Part shown: piece after piece, positions 37,420 to 51,745 of the stretch
Numbering within the stretch: the stretch's first letter is position 1
How the letters are laid out: each line of letters begins with the position of its first letter
NCBI GenBank assembly: GCA_035084275.1
Contig: CM068749.1
Coordinates: 8,122,001-8,186,000, forward strand
Direction: 5' to 3'
Source of the DNA: Hydrolagus colliei
Lineage: Eukaryota
Length of the DNA stretch: 64,000 nt
Translations under genes and position numbers: made by a program
The notes under the pieces: model-generated
Database searches by the model: none
Seen by the model: only the letters and a program-made list of their open reading frames with translations
Told to the model about the DNA's origin: nothing

Positions 37420-37890
37420 TCTATAATAATCTTTGCATTTGATATCTTCAAGGTGTCCCAAAGCACTGCACAGGGTTTACTGTAAAGTGTAATAGCTGTA
37501 TTTTGTAAGCAAACAAAGCGGCTAATGTGTGCAAAAATACCCCACAAACAGCCATGAAGTGAATAACTACAACAACAATAACAAAATTATATTTGTAGAG
37601 CGTTTTTCACGTCGTGAGGACGACCCAAGACGCTGTACGGTCAACGGTCAGGACCCAAGAATGGGGGGGAGGAGGGAATTTTTCATCTGGGGGGATTATT
37701 GACCACAACATCAAGAGAAAAATCTTTCACTTATCAATAGTGTTGTGGAATGTTTAACAACCAAACAAGCAGATGGAATCTTGGCTTTGCGTTTCAGCCA
37801 AAGGACGGCACCTCTGACAATGCACGTCTCCTACTACACTAGATTGTCAGCCGAGACTGTGAGCTCAAAGTTCCAACACGGGACTTGTAG
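37420..37890 (-). mobile_element. Long-form DeuSINE interrupted by an L2 tail (about 37568-37680)
   Basis: Tail at 37420-37560; inserted acaacaacaataacaaaattatatttgtagagcgtttttcacgtcg; body resumes with gtttcagccaaaggacggcacctctgacaatgca. Confidence 0.75.
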
Positions 37891-38769
37891 ATGAAAACAT
37901 GTGGATGCAAAATCTCTGCTTCAAGTTCCTTTCTGGTTTGTCAACGCAGATCATAACTGGAAGTCTTTTGGGGGATTATTTCCCTTTTGGTAAACGGTTT
38001 CAATTTGCGATTCAGTACTCAAACCACTCGCAAAATGTGATTGTTCAAAAGAAAAGACAGGCAAGATGCAGGAGCAGAACAGATGAAGCATATTCTATTA
38101 TGAAGGTATGGACTGATAAAATAATAAATTTTCAATTTTTTATGGAAGAATGGATGGCAGATTAATAAATTAGATGATAGATGAATCAGAAGATAAAGGG
38201 ATGAATGGTTGACAGATAGCTCTGCCTGGCCTATCTATTTAATTAAAATATATATTTTCTTTTTAAAATCATGGCAAGCGAATTTTTACTGGACCAAATA
38301 ATTGAGTCAAACCAGCTGCATTCAACTACTGTTCAAGAAATATTTCAGAACAAAATAAAATACCAATTTCATCTATTGCATCCAAGACGCAATTCCAATC
38401 TGAATGTAGAAAATGAACAAATAAATAAACTAGAATTAGACTAAAGATATTTAAATATCATGTTACTTTCACAGTGCTGTTATCTACACTAAGTGTAGCA
38501 CTCTCAGTTCTGAGTCAGAATTTGTAGGTTCAAGCCCCATGCTGGTACTTTGAGTTTATAGATAACTCAAACTTTTGCAAATGCGATTGCTAAATCTTAC
38601 TCGAATGAATGGCAGCTAATTTAAAATAGCTATAGAGAGGGAAAAGATGAAATTTAGATACAGTATATAAAGAGGAGTTATTCTCATCAGCATGCTGATC
38701 TTTTTTCACCTGCATCATTTGAGTGAAGGAGAATTAGGGGAAACATTGTATTATATTATATTAAACATT

Positions 38770-41700
38770 AATATGTGAAGTGCTTTGAGACATCGATAAG
38801 ATATGAAAAGTGCTGTATCAAAAGCAAGAATTATTATTATTATTATTAAAAGGGAAGTTGAATGCATCTCATTATTAGTGGAATGGGATTGCCCAAAAGT
38901 AGATTCATAGAAGAAGCATTGCCACTTTTGCATTTGACCACCTCTTTTTAACAAACTACTGAACATGCATACTCTCCCTCTTGTATCCTCCTGGTAGCCA
39001 CGTGGAGCTGAACTGATTCCAAGGTGACATGTTTGGCAACAGAATCAAACTAATGCTATACCCAGTTCCTGAGCCAGGTAGGTACATAATATTCCAGGGC
39101 ACGGCTGCTGACAACCCAGCCAGCCAAAGCCCTAACGGGTACGACAGTCCTAGCTGCACGAGCAGCAGATGGCAAGCTATGTGATTTTAGCTGGCTAGAT
39201 TGCAGCAGTTACCCCTTTGCATTCTCAAGCCTTGCCAACCTGTGCCTACTACTCACCAGAATTAGGTAAGCAGGGTGCATTTCTCCAGGGAGAGTGTGTG
39301 TTACATCTCAGGAATTTCCATGTGTAGGTCACACGCGTGGAACTTTCAGTTTGGTTTGGGTACTCTTATTGTTTTCCACACGTGTTCTGAACAGACCAAG
39401 CCCGAGTACCTTTGAGTTAGCAATAAAGCGTTCTTCTCTAAGTGATTTCCACCTTCTGAACCCTGCTTTAGTTCTAAAACACCCTTTTTAATCGGCTTCC
39501 TAAGTGCATCTCAGACAAAATAGACCCGATCTAAAGACTGACTAACCTAATGGCTAAATGGATTACCAGATATAAAACACTGGAGAGGTTCAGGTGACGT
39601 CGTAAACGGTGAGTGAGAAGTTCAAGCAGTTTATGAATGTCATCTGAAACAGATTGTATAACACCCTTGAATGTACTTCCAAGCTTTCTTTTATACTCTC
39701 CGTAGTGCATTTTGTTTAACTCTTACTTTACTTTGCAGCTCTCACAAAAAATGCTTCCCTCAACACAACAACCATTGTAGTCACAGAACTTTACTCTGCT
39801 TTTCCCACCGTATGACATGAGGGAGGTTTAGAAAATGATGACGCTAGACTAGGGCTCTATCGTAAATTGAAAACTAAAGTGATTGATAGAATCATAGAAC
39901 ATTCCAGCTTCAGCCCATCACTTCTTTGCTGATGTTTTTCTCCACATCAGCAATTTTGTCTAATCCCACGTTTCTGCTTTCTCCACATTGTTTGTGTGTG
40001 TGTGTTATTCTGGAAAATAAGTCCTATCTTATTTATATGAATTTCTCATTAAGGGTAGATGGGAACAATTACAAACATCTTGCAAAGTAAAGAAACTGCA
40101 CTAGAGTATTGTCAGCCAATACTCTAGTGAGAGTTTTTCTCACATGTTTCAGCAAGCAATGGTTAAACCTATGCTAGGTGTTAGTCATTCCCTCTAGATT
40201 AAGGCAAGCTATGTGAAGTTTTACCTCCTTGGTTATGCGTATGTTTTTTGGCTTCATATAGAATGTGAGACACGACAGGTCTTGTGCAGGAGGGAGTGCT
40301 AGCAACTCCTGCTATACTGCTCCTCCTCTATCCTTTATCCTATAACTCCTGTATCCATTCGCCCACAAAGTACACAGTCAATTCACTTTACAGTATAGCT
40401 GTGAAGCGCTTTGAGATGTCTTGAAGATGCAATATAGCTCTATATCAAAAGCAAGGATGATTATTATAAAGAATCCACAGCCCAGCTTCATCTCCTGAGT
40501 AATTTATTGTTAAATTCAGTTTTCATTTAGCAGCCAGTGTTTTACAGTTCCTAAAAAGCCAAACTGGAATCCCATTTGGAACCCCTGGAGCAAGTTCATG
40601 TCATTCCTGTTTCTATCCAAAGCTCATAGCAACAAAATCTAACCTTTTCTTTAAAAAAAGTTAGTTTGACCAAATGTGATCTGATGAGCAGTGAGTTCAT
40701 CGGTCTAGTGCCTCCATGAAACTAACCCAACCAACGGCAGCCTCCATTAAAGTCCTGAAACAAAATTCCTTAAAAAAATGTACAAACTCATTTTCCATTT
40801 AAAAGTGCAGAGTAATTGAAAGAGAAAGGGAGTGAGTTACAGGGCAGTAAACTTAATTGAGTGGGTCTGATGTCATGAACCATAGTATTGAAACAGGAAT
40901 CGGAAATGCTTGACTTTGATTTAATGCTTTAAATTGCCAGTCGGACATTTTGTACTTTTCTATGATATAATTTATAGCTCACTTTGCACAGGAACATTCA
41001 ATTTTGAGTTTTTAAAGATTATTATTTGTGAAGGGGACATGCCAACTGCTGCTGGAATGGTATAATATAGACAACTGTATCTCCCACCATTATTTTCCTA
41101 CATTGAACCTTTATTTCTTATCACAGGTGAGTTGAGTGTAACAACATCTGATACCAATAACTACACCATCAGGAAACTTATTATGGTGAATACCCGGTCC
41201 ATGAATGTCCAAGGACCAGAAAGACAATGGAAAATGTGTGTCGTGATTTTAAGGAATGGTTCCAAAATGTGGCTGCCCACAAAACTTTAAACACGTACTG
41301 AATACAATTAAATATTGCTAAATTCAATTAATATAATTCTTCCACATGTTTTCCACACATTTCAGGTGTTGGTCAGTGAACTGTCGGAAAAAAAAGGGAG
41401 TATCAGGACTTTGTGAACAGTCTGTAAATTTAAGCAGCATAACAGGCAAACAAAACTCCACTTCTTCGAAAGAATGACAAGAGAGCATTAGCCTGAATGA
41501 CAAAACACATAGAACCTAAATTAAGAATTCAACTGGAAAAAATGACAAAATGGGAATAAATAAACTTGAACTGTATTTTAATGATATATAGACAAGTGCA
41601 GCAGCCAACCTGCAACAGTAATGTACCACAAATAACATGATTGTATGATTTTATCCACAAAATATACAATTAACTTTGCAGTATAGTCTGTAAAACGCTC

Positions 41701-42960
41701 TGATACATTTCAAAGACATGATAAGTTGTAATATCAAATGCAAGCGTTATTATTCTTATGTAATGTAACTTTAGATCTCATGCAATCATTATCCACAGGT
41801 ATATCCAATAAATGCACTGAGAAACACAGTCAAGAATCTGTGAAATAGTTGTGTATGAAAAAATCTCCAATGTTATCTTGAACAATGATAAATTCAGATT
41901 TGAAGTTACCAGAAGAGTTTATGGTTTGTTTTTGTAAAACACTTGGTATCACATTTCAGAAATTGCTTATGGATAACTCAGCAGGTATATTCTAACAGTG
42001 TCACAGAACACGCTAGCCACAGAGGGTCACAACCAGAGAACGGAGAGTTCAGGGTGAATTTGAATGAGATTCCATTGCATTCTCATCTCTGCTCCATGGC
42101 GAGATTTCTGCCGCAATTTAATTCACCGACTTCAATTTTCTCCATGGGAAGCTTGAAATGTGGCATGAAAATGTCGACTGTCCCTGGGACAAGGCTGTGT
42201 TAAGAGGATCAGGCAGGAGAGTGATCTAATCAAATCACAGGAGCTCATTGAAGAAACTCCAGCCTGTTGTGTACCTCTTAACATTAACCTTGCCAATCAA
42301 AAAGCAAGCAGGAGCGTGCCTGTGCACATTAACTCCTACCCTGTCCTTGAACCAGCACGGCTTTCCGAACCAATAAGGCCTTCAATCTCTATGCCAAGAG
42401 AGCCCTGGAGATACCTGCAATTCCATTAAAAGGACTCTTGAGAAAGGCACAGACACCCTGAAGTGCAAGGTCCTGAAAGGAGCTAATACCATACACATTT
42501 ATTAATGCCACTGAAGGGGGACAAATTAAAGAGAATGGCTCACATTTATTGGCAACTGGTTATAACCCTTGCTCAGCCTCTGACATCAGTGGGTCAATTT
42601 TCCCTGACTTACTTAAAACACACAAATGTGTAGGCCATTCAAGGTTACCCAGTTGATCAAATGCCCCAAGCAATATGGTCCTAGCCAGTTAACGACATGA
42701 ATTAACTAATCATATCAAAGCTGCCACAGCTCTCACTTCACAGCGTGAACCATTGTGACAATAAGTGAGAATAATTGGAAAATAGCAATACAATCTAGAA
42801 AGAAAGACTGAAAAATGCAAACACTTTACAGTACCAAACTGAAAGATTAAAATATAAGTGGTATAGATTTCACGCAGCCAATAATAATAAATCTTGCATT
42901 TGATACAACACCTTATCGCCAAGAATATATTGTAAACACAGAATCTACTGTAAACACAGC
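38770..42960. mobile_element. Four isolated SINE tails: about 38770-38847 (+), 40355-40467 (+), 41650-41757 (+), 42880-42960 (-)
   Basis: Each carries part of gtgaagcgctttgagacgtc...tatcaaatgcaaggattattatt. The span is not one element. Confidence 0.75.
41123..41550 (+). repeat. Unclassified dispersed repeat, copy A (paralogous to 57820-58162)
   Basis: Ordered shared blocks: acag(g/a)tgagttgagtgtaacaa, gtactgaatacaattaaa, ccaca..tttcag.tg.tggtcagt, aagaatgaca, actggaaaa. Confidence 0.75.
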
Positions 42961-43039
42961 ACTGAAGCCAAAAAAAAACGAGCTCCACCCACAGTGCTGG
43001 ATGACAGAGTGGCCACACCGGGAACTACAAGCAGCTGTT

Positions 43040-43158
43040 CTGAACCTTGGGAGATATGCCGGACATCGGAAAAAAATAAATACTGTATGTATGTTGAAAT
43101 CTTGCGTTTTAGGGAGTTGCTGGCTTTCTGAATGTCGGATTATCGAGGTTTTACTGTA
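43040..43158. mobile_element. Tc1/mariner (Tigger/pogo-like) terminal fragment
   Basis: Ends gaatgtcggattatcgaggttttactg|TA (43130-43158). The reverse complement TA|CAGTAAAACCTCGATAATCCG fits the CAGT..AACCTCG terminal-repeat pattern. The partner repeat was not found. Confidence 0.6.
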
Positions 43159-46100
43159 CTTCCTGTAGCCCCAATAACTACTTTATTGTAAACTCAGGAT
43201 CTTTGTTGAAAAAACTATGACCCATCACTGCCACCTTTAACTGGTTAAACCAGCAATGGGATCCCCAAGCCTTGGTTCTTGCCAAATTGCTCTTAATAGT
43301 TTCTAGGATTAGATAATCAGGGCGTTTGCTTCAAGGAACACAAGTTATAATCTAAACACAGTGAAACCATGTGAAACTCTGATAGTCTGATTTGAAGCCA
43401 GTTAATCATACCAATGGGTTCCCATGTTTGTCAGACCCACTCCACCACCCCACTCTTAAACCTCCTGTCGCTAGGCCACATTAGAAGTTATGAGCAAGTA
43501 CAGCCCCAATAACTTTTAATACTCTGCCATATATTTTCTGATATTTCAAATATTTACAAGATAATCTAAATAAAAGTTACCAATGCTGGTACCCAACCTT
43601 ACTTCTACAACAACAAAATTACATTTGTAGAGCACCTTTCACATGGAGAGGATGTCTCAGGTCTACCAGAGAGAGCTTCTAACTACCAAAGAGACATTTC
43701 CCACTTTCCCTCAACATTGCCTGTTTCTGAATTAACTTGTGTCAAAACTGCCTGGAGGCAGAAATGTAGATTGGCGCTGAGATAAATTATTAAAATATAC
43801 TGTTTCTGGAGCTTTAATTAACTGAGGCAGATCTGGGAACTCAGTAGAAGAGATTAGACCTAGTCCACACTGCTGAATACATTATGAAAATGAGAGAGCT
43901 GAATAATATAGTGTGCTGCTCCCCAGATCCATGCTCCCATCCATTCCTCACTGCCACATGCAGACCACCCTTTGTGCCATGTAGGGACCATCCATCTCAC
44001 ACTGGCCTGCTTAGAAGACAATATTAAGTAAAAATCCTGAGTGACTACATTGCCCGCTTTTGCCTCTGGATAACTGCAAAGCACTGAAAATGGAAGCACT
44101 ACGATAAATCAAGAGATCAAGCCACAAAGCCTTTTTTACACGGACAAAAGCGGCTAAATTACTGCACCAAGACAGGATTAATGGCGTGTTGCAATACTTC
44201 TGTCAGCTCTCCTTGCGCTATCAATTTTTTTTTTTTACTTATTACAAATCTCTATGAAGGAAAGAGCATGCAATTTTCATATTGCTGGGTTTTATGGTGT
44301 ATTTTGCCCACACCCTTTTAATCCTCTTATGCAATGCATAGCTACACAGATGTCAGGCAATTTGTCCTGAGCCCTCTACTAGTGTCTCTCTTGATCCAGC
44401 CACTAGGAGGTATTGATATAGTAGCTCAAGAGTGACTTACTTACTGATTTCTCCATCCACACATCTTGGGAAGTGTCTGAATGCCTGTTGGTGCTTTTAT
44501 CCCTACAGCACAGCCAAGATGAGGAACTCATTGCAAGATAATACTCTACTGTATCCTACAACAAAACCACTGTTCTTATCAGTACAATTGTTTTGCATTG
44601 TGTGACATGGCTCAAAACAAGGCAAAGCATGTGGCTTACTGCTCCCACAAAGAAATTGCCCTATACTTTAACTCTACGGCAAAGTATCATTATTATTCTA
44701 ACTTGCTGTGAAGGGCTCCAATTCCAGCACAATTATACCCGAATGCAGCACTCAAGAACCCTCACAATTGACTGTAGCAAAGGAGTGATGTGAATTGGGT
44801 CTATAAGCACAGTTACCCAAAAGATGCGGAAAGAAAAGGTATTTCTCCATCCTTCTCCCATTCTGAGATGATCCAATCAACCAGGCAACAACTTTGACCC
44901 CACAGCAGTGGAAATGTCACTGTATACTGAACATCTTAGACTGAAACCCAGGTGATCTTAATGGTGTTAGCCTTAACATCATGGTTGTAATATTTTTGAA
45001 TCAACCATAATTCGGAAGTCATCGATCTGCAATTCTAAGAATCTGGCTTCTAAATCAAGACTGAACATTTTCAAAATTCTGGACAATTAACAATCTTAAG
45101 GGAAACACCACAAGAGGCATGAGAAGCTCAGAGAGATGCACGATTCTTACCAAAAACAAAAGCAAGTGAAAGAGTTGAAAATTTGTTGGAAGACTTGGGT
45201 GAGTTCAGCAGGCTATCTATTTAGCCCATGGTACAGAAATATATACTTTTTAAATCAACTTGGAAGATTTATCTCCATTTTAAAGCAGATTGTGCACATG
45301 GTTAGCAGTGGTGGAGCAATGGGAGACCTGATCCTTTCTAACTTTGGGAAGCACAACACAGGGCTAAAAGGCTTTGAAGGGAATAACATGGCAAAGAACC
45401 AAAGACAATAGTCTAATCTGGCAATAACCTTGTTCCTTTGCATGCAATTGCATTTTGCAATTATTAATCCAATAATTTTGCCCTTACACTGTTCCACCAC
45501 TGGAAACAGTCTAAAAACTTCAAAACAATGTTACATTGGGATACCCCAAGCCTCTGAAAAGTGGTAGCTAAATCCATCAATGTGTACTTCAGTATTGGGC
45601 GTCTACGGCAAGTTGTACAACACTTTGCTTGTGAATCTATAGCCAAGGGGCACCAATATATCAAAACTTGCATCTATCACCAGACATCTTTCTGAATAGA
45701 GTTACACGGAGAGGGGCGGGTGGGGTGGGGAGAAACAGAAGATCTTTGGCACTGTCAAGATATAAAATCTGTATCTTGGGAGTAGAGATGGAAAATCCTA
45801 ACACCAATTTAGAATATATTTACCTGTTCTCTCGGAATTGTGGCAGTAACTGCTGCTAAAGTCCAGTTTGATTCATAAAGGAAAGGTGATTTAAGACATC
45901 TTAGAGGAGGAAGGAAAAAGGAACTTGGAAGAGGAAGGGAAATGAAAACTGGGAATACTTATTTCACCAAAAGTCATGCTCAACATATGGGGGAGGGGGT
46001 AAATTGGGTAAAAATCTTTTCTTAACTGAAGCTTATTTTTCTTCATAAATTTGTCTGTCTAAATTAGTGAGATTAACAATTCCGATAACCATCCATCTTT

Positions 46101-47377
46101 GACACTCGGCCCAAATCGAGCTTGTCTGCAATACCACAGCATCTGAAAGGTTTCCAAATTCCTACCTCCTCACAATTCCCCCAGAGACACCTCCAAATCC
46201 ATTAAGTAATTTTGCAGGGGCAAAAGTAGCAGAAAATTAACATGAACATGCTAAGAGGCTTTACGCTCGTGTATTTCAAGAGAGGGAAAAAAATCAATCA
46301 AACTGCCTGAATTGTCACTATATGGTACAACCCTGTCATAATTTAGAAATTAATAACTGAGCGCCCAAAGAGCCTTCTGGAGGATTTATTCACAGAGTAC
46401 CCTGAATGATTACACAATTATGCAGTAAACAGATTGGTAAATGCATTTGGGAAGTTTTATTTTTAAAAATACACAATGGAAACACAGCAGGCCTATGACT
46501 GATTGTATCAGACTGTATAACATGATTGATTCATTAGCCAGAACTTTCAGGGTGAAAGTATAAATTGCAACGCTATTCTCAGCGTTGGGAACGTCCGAAC
46601 AGTCCCTCTATAGAATCATAATTAAGTCTGCGATGAAAACTCTCAGCCCTTTTACTGGCACTGCCTTGCTCGCCCGTGTCAACCAAAATCCAGACAATGA
46701 TTTACGATCTTCATTTCATAAAATATGATATATATGAAAAACATATTCATGTAAGTGCTGAATCCTTTTGATACATCAATGTTACCTGTGTCATTATTAT
46801 TCTCTGTTGAAAATAACATTTTTCAGCTGCCTTAATGGATGGCTAAAAGCAAGTGCAGGCTTCTCTCACTGTATCCAGCTGTGGTTACACCAGCAGGGAT
46901 CACAACGAACTTGCTACTGTGAGAGTACTGCTCTCAAAGTGACAGCAAAATAGACAAACTAGCATTCTTACAGGAGAATATCCCCATTAGTTGTGTGGAC
47001 ATGGGGGGAATACCTTCATAGGTAAACCAGGTTTCATACAAGCAACCTTGTTTCCTACAAGTAATTGTTTTCAATAAGTCACTCTTACAATCTGGCTGCA
47101 CAGAATAATCCTGAACCAATATGCTGCATGTTCGAAAAGGTATGGATAGGATCAATAACAACAACAACAAAATTACATTTATACAGCGACTGTCACGTCA
47201 GGAGGACATCCGCCTGTATCAGCCTGTAAAGGGACACATATGGTAATGGCCAATTGTGCACAGAACTAACTCAACCACTGTGGACTCACACCAAGAAGGA
47301 TACATTAGTCATACACCTCACCTAAAGCAAGGAAGGAGAAAAGTAGGCAAAGATAAAAACCTTTACATACCCCACAG

Positions 47378-47620
47378 TAACAACAGCAACAACAAAATGT
47401 ATTTGTATAGCGCCTTTCACATCAGGAGGCCGGGCCAAGGGGCTGGACATCAGGGATTTGTACCCGAGCAGAGTGCAGGGGAGGGAGGGTAGCGATAGGA
47501 AGGTGACTGAAGGCGCGGTCGAAAAGGAGTCTCTTAAGACATGCCTTGAAGAGGGCAAGGATAGCAACAAGGCGAAGGGACTGTGAGATGGAATTCCAAA
47601 AGTCGGGAAGGGAGGCTTTG
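47378..47620 (-). mobile_element. L2 3' end
   Basis: FWNSISQSLRLVAILALFKACLKRLLFDRAFSH (ORF 47422..47640), then tail gtgaaaggcgctatacaaatacattttgttgttg. Confidence 0.85.
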
Positions 47621-48551
47621 TAAATGTTTTCAATGCTCATAGATGCTACCCTTCATGGATGACGCTACATAAGTACAAGTTATTGTAAGTCATTGTTAAC
47701 ATTCTTTTGATCTACTGTATAAGCATCAAGGCATAAGGTTATTATTATGATGGGCGAAAAGATTAAGTGATTAAAATGAAGTTTATATACCGACAATCTG
47801 ACATCCCTTCATATTTTTCTTCTGGTAACATTTATTTAGGTATTTTGCAACTGGTTTCGGAAAACTACTATTCCCTTTCCAATTCATATAGACTACGTGT
47901 GATACATTTCATACTTGGTTTGATAAATATGCTGTGCTTGTGTTTATCGATTATATGGTGAGCAGACTAATCTATCAATGATCGCAGTGATTAATTATCC
48001 AGTCAAATCTGAAGAAATATGATTAAAAGGAGATTAATGTTGGTTCAGTGAACACTGGTATACATTTACTACAGATGGGTTCACCCGCCAGTCTACAACT
48101 CTTACAGCCTGTGAACTTATTTAAATATATATTAAAATGAGTCTAACAGATGTGTGATCAAGTTAAGGAATGATGCTGCTGAAAAATCTTGCACATCGCA
48201 ATCTGCAATCAGCAAATTCACTGAAATAATTTTCTGGGAAATGGGTTTCTTTTGCAGAAGGGAAACAATCCAACTGATAACCTCTCTTTCTATAACAACA
48301 CCTATATGATGCTTACTTTTCTATCCTTGATGCAAAGTTACAGTCCATAAACAATTGGGGGTGGCTGTGAATTGCTTTATACTTGAAGAGGAAAATATCC
48401 ATCTTGGGTAATGGAGTATTGCCACTCATTTTGTTTCAACTAGGGGCAAGGATACCAACTCACCTCCTGCTAATTGTGCGTGCCAACGTGCTAATGGGTA
48501 GGATGGTGCTGGCAGGACAAGCAGCTGTAAGATTGCCAGACAATGTTCTCA

Positions 48552-49562
48552 ATAATAATAATCTTTGTATTTGATATAGCGCTTTATCACATCTTCTAGA
48601 CGTCTCAAAGCGCCTCACAGAATATACTGTAAAGTGAATTGACTGTACATTTGTGGGCAAAATTAGCTGCATTTGATTTAGGAACCTCGCCACAGTGGGA
48701 AGATTAGCCTTTGTACCCAGAAGTCTAGGCTAGAATCAAAGATGCAGAAATCTAGGCCATAAGTAAACTCGCAATGTATTATCTCACTGAGCGAAAACAT
48801 TTTCAAATTTTGCAGATTAAAATAGAACCTGAGCTCAGGAGTGGTGGCATAAGAAGTTTAGAAATGTCTTCTTGATCTGAATTACCATTTAGAATTGAAA
48901 CAGATCAGCCCCAATGCTTAATTAGTGAGTACGGCCGATTATAATAATAATCCTTGTATTTGATATAGCGCTTTCCATGTCCTCTAGCCGCCTCAAAGTG
49001 CTTTACAGATTATACTGTAATGTGAAGTGACTGTATATTTGTGTGAGAAACGCGACAAACAATTGCGCACAACAGTGCCCCACAAGTAGTGATTGTTTAG
49101 TGTTTACTTATGATCAGGAATTGGAACTTAAAAATTCCTTTGCAATGATTCAATTCAAACTTTATGGGGAAGGTAACATGCTGGTACCCCCTCAAGATTC
49201 AAATTAACTCTGCGATATTAAATTCTGTTCGCCTTCACAAATCCAACTGTTTTGAACCAGATCCAAATTGTAATGAAATCCAATGAATTAAGACTTATAT
49301 TGAAACGGGATTTTATTTTGTTGATACGGTTCAAAATCCGTCACAGGAACAGTTTCTCTGTAGCGAGAAATGTAAGCAAATAAGCTATTTAACTCAGCCA
49401 AATAATAATCCCTGCAACTGATATAGCATTTTATCACTGTCAAAACATCTAAAAGCACTTTACATGATTTTACCATAAAGTGTTTTCACTGTAGGTGTAG
49501 CCATTTGTAGATGATCAAGGCAGCCAGCGCCCCACAAACAGCCATGAAATTAATGACCAATT
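48552..49562 (-). mobile_element. Three same-orientation SINE 3' halves (48552-48662, 48941-49085, 49400-49562)
   Basis: Each begins aataataatc(c/t)..g.a..tgatatagc and follows the family body. Confidence 0.85.
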
Positions 49563-51419
49563 TTACCTTTGGATCTGAGATTCAGAAACTGTCTACCAGT
49601 TAGCTTGGCAAAAGTTAATGCTTGAATGCCCAAATCCTCAGCACTCACTCCTTCAATGACTCATACTGAAAGTAATCTGAGATGACGACTGTTAGAAACG
49701 TTTCTTTTAGAAAAAACTCAAGTGTATTGATCTTATTTAAAAGATGCTCCTGTGTATGATGGGCTGTTTAAAATTAAACCTGAAGGCATGTCAAACACTG
49801 TATGCAGGGCATTGGCAAAATATAATGGACATTGTTGTACTGCTGATAGGAGAAATTGAATCTGATTAAAAAGTTATTCTAGTGGTTAAGGGGCTCTTTT
49901 GCAATAAAAATGCAGATTTCTGTAATTTGGAAGAATGCAAAATCTGAGCAACTGGGAGACAAAATACTCTCCGACATGCTTCCCAAACCAGAACATCTCA
50001 TATTTGAGAATTGAGTGAGGATTTAAAGGAAATTGTGTCCCTTTGATGTCTGTCTCCTGGCTTGTGTAGATAATACTTTATGCAGTTTTATCACTGAAAC
50101 TTGCCCTCTGTGTGCCGTGTAGTGGAACACATTTTACGCAAATTATTGATTGTTATTATTGGACAGCAACAATGGTGAACATTAAAGAAAAACTGTCATT
50201 GAGAATATTATCTTCCTTTCCACTGTACCCACATTGCCTCCTACAGTGAATTATGCCTACATGTCTCCGTTAGCCACAAACACCTTCCATTCTGCATTGG
50301 GCCAATGCCCCATATATTAAAAAAAACTCCAATAAATAAATCATTTATACAAGCAGAGTGGAATACTGACACATGCTATTAAAAATCTTTGGGAGAATGT
50401 TGCTGTCTGAACACATATTTCATTTGGTTCAAAAGCTCTTAGGTATATAGTCCATATGATCCACTGAAATGGTTCCTTTGAACTGTAAAGACACCCCAGG
50501 GCTTTTCAGAATGAAGGCAAACATTCTCAGTGCCCACAGCACTCGGACATAGCACAAAACTCGACCAGCAGACGCAAATTTCTATGCAGACTTCCCAAAT
50601 GCTAATAACTCATAACCCCTACATTTGAAACACTACCTTATACCATTGGAACATCTTAAACACTTGGATTCAGGCAGTTACTGTAAGTATTGTGTTGTAA
50701 CACTTAAGAATAATAATGATAGGCAATATAATACCTAAGTCCATGCAGGATTACTGTGCCCCTCTGTATAAAAGTTTAGAAATATAGATAAACACTCTTT
50801 AGGTTACTCTCTCCCAAAACTCCTCAACTAACTAATTTATTTCTGAATTCAGTGAAACCGAATCACCTCCAAAGGTGGCCTGTTCCAAAAACTTCAGTCC
50901 ATGTTCCCCCTTGTTAGAATATGGGAGGTTTATTTTATATTAAAAAAGGGCACAATTTAGCACTTGTGTGAGCTGATGCACCCGACTTGCCATCCTTCAG
51001 TAAATAGGCACACCATCGCTAGATATCCCCCAGTAAATCCATAAAAATTTGGACACACTTTTTGCTATCAATGTTACTACAGTACAATACTTGCTTATTG
51101 CTTGGTTTATATTACAAAGAGGAGAACCCCACTCCCCACACCTTCCAGGTAAATGGTTTCTTCTTTGCCAGGAAGAGATTCTTCCTTCTTGACTTCTGAG
51201 AACAGGGATTCTAGCCACTCAGCTCCTATTAACTCTATAAGCCAAAGCCCTAATGGGTAGGGTTCTTTTAATTGGGCAAGCAACAGGAAGCACAAACAGT
51301 GCTCTCAATGGCATGCTAGATAAGCACTGGCATAACATGTACGTTGGTATAAATTACCATCACCAATATCTTTCAAGCTGTTGAAGTTCATTCCACCTTA
51401 AATCTAAGAGCGGTGAAAA

Positions 51420-51745
51420 ATTTGCATTTTTATAGCACTTTGTCATGTTGAAACTTCTCAGAATGCTCCACAGTAATTCCCATCAAGTCAATGACTGTTT
51501 ATTTGCAGGCAGCCATTTTGCACACAAATGGGTCCCATAAACATCCATAAAATGAGTGACCGATTTACTGTTTAAGATTGTTAGCAACCAATCTTACAAT
51601 AAATCGGTCAAGTCCTGAAAGATGGGACCTCCAACAATGTGGTGCTCTATTAGTATTGCATTTGAAATGTCCGTCTAACCCGTGACCTCATGCCACTATG
51701 TGGGGTGTGACTCAGAGGCAAAGCTCCTATCAATGAGTCGAGCCA
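51420..51745 (-). mobile_element. Long-form DeuSINE, diverged, with head
   Basis: ttgcatttttatagcac...ggcagccattttgcacaca...gaaagatgggacctccaacaatgtggtgctc...tgactcagaggcaaag...caatgagtc. Another diverged minus-strand copy lies at about 52355-52580. Confidence 0.7.

Noticed and set aside
39280-39620. Possible solo LTR (AATAAA near 39422, CpG-retaining)
   Set aside because: I could not identify TG...CA ends, a target duplication or a convincing primer-binding site.
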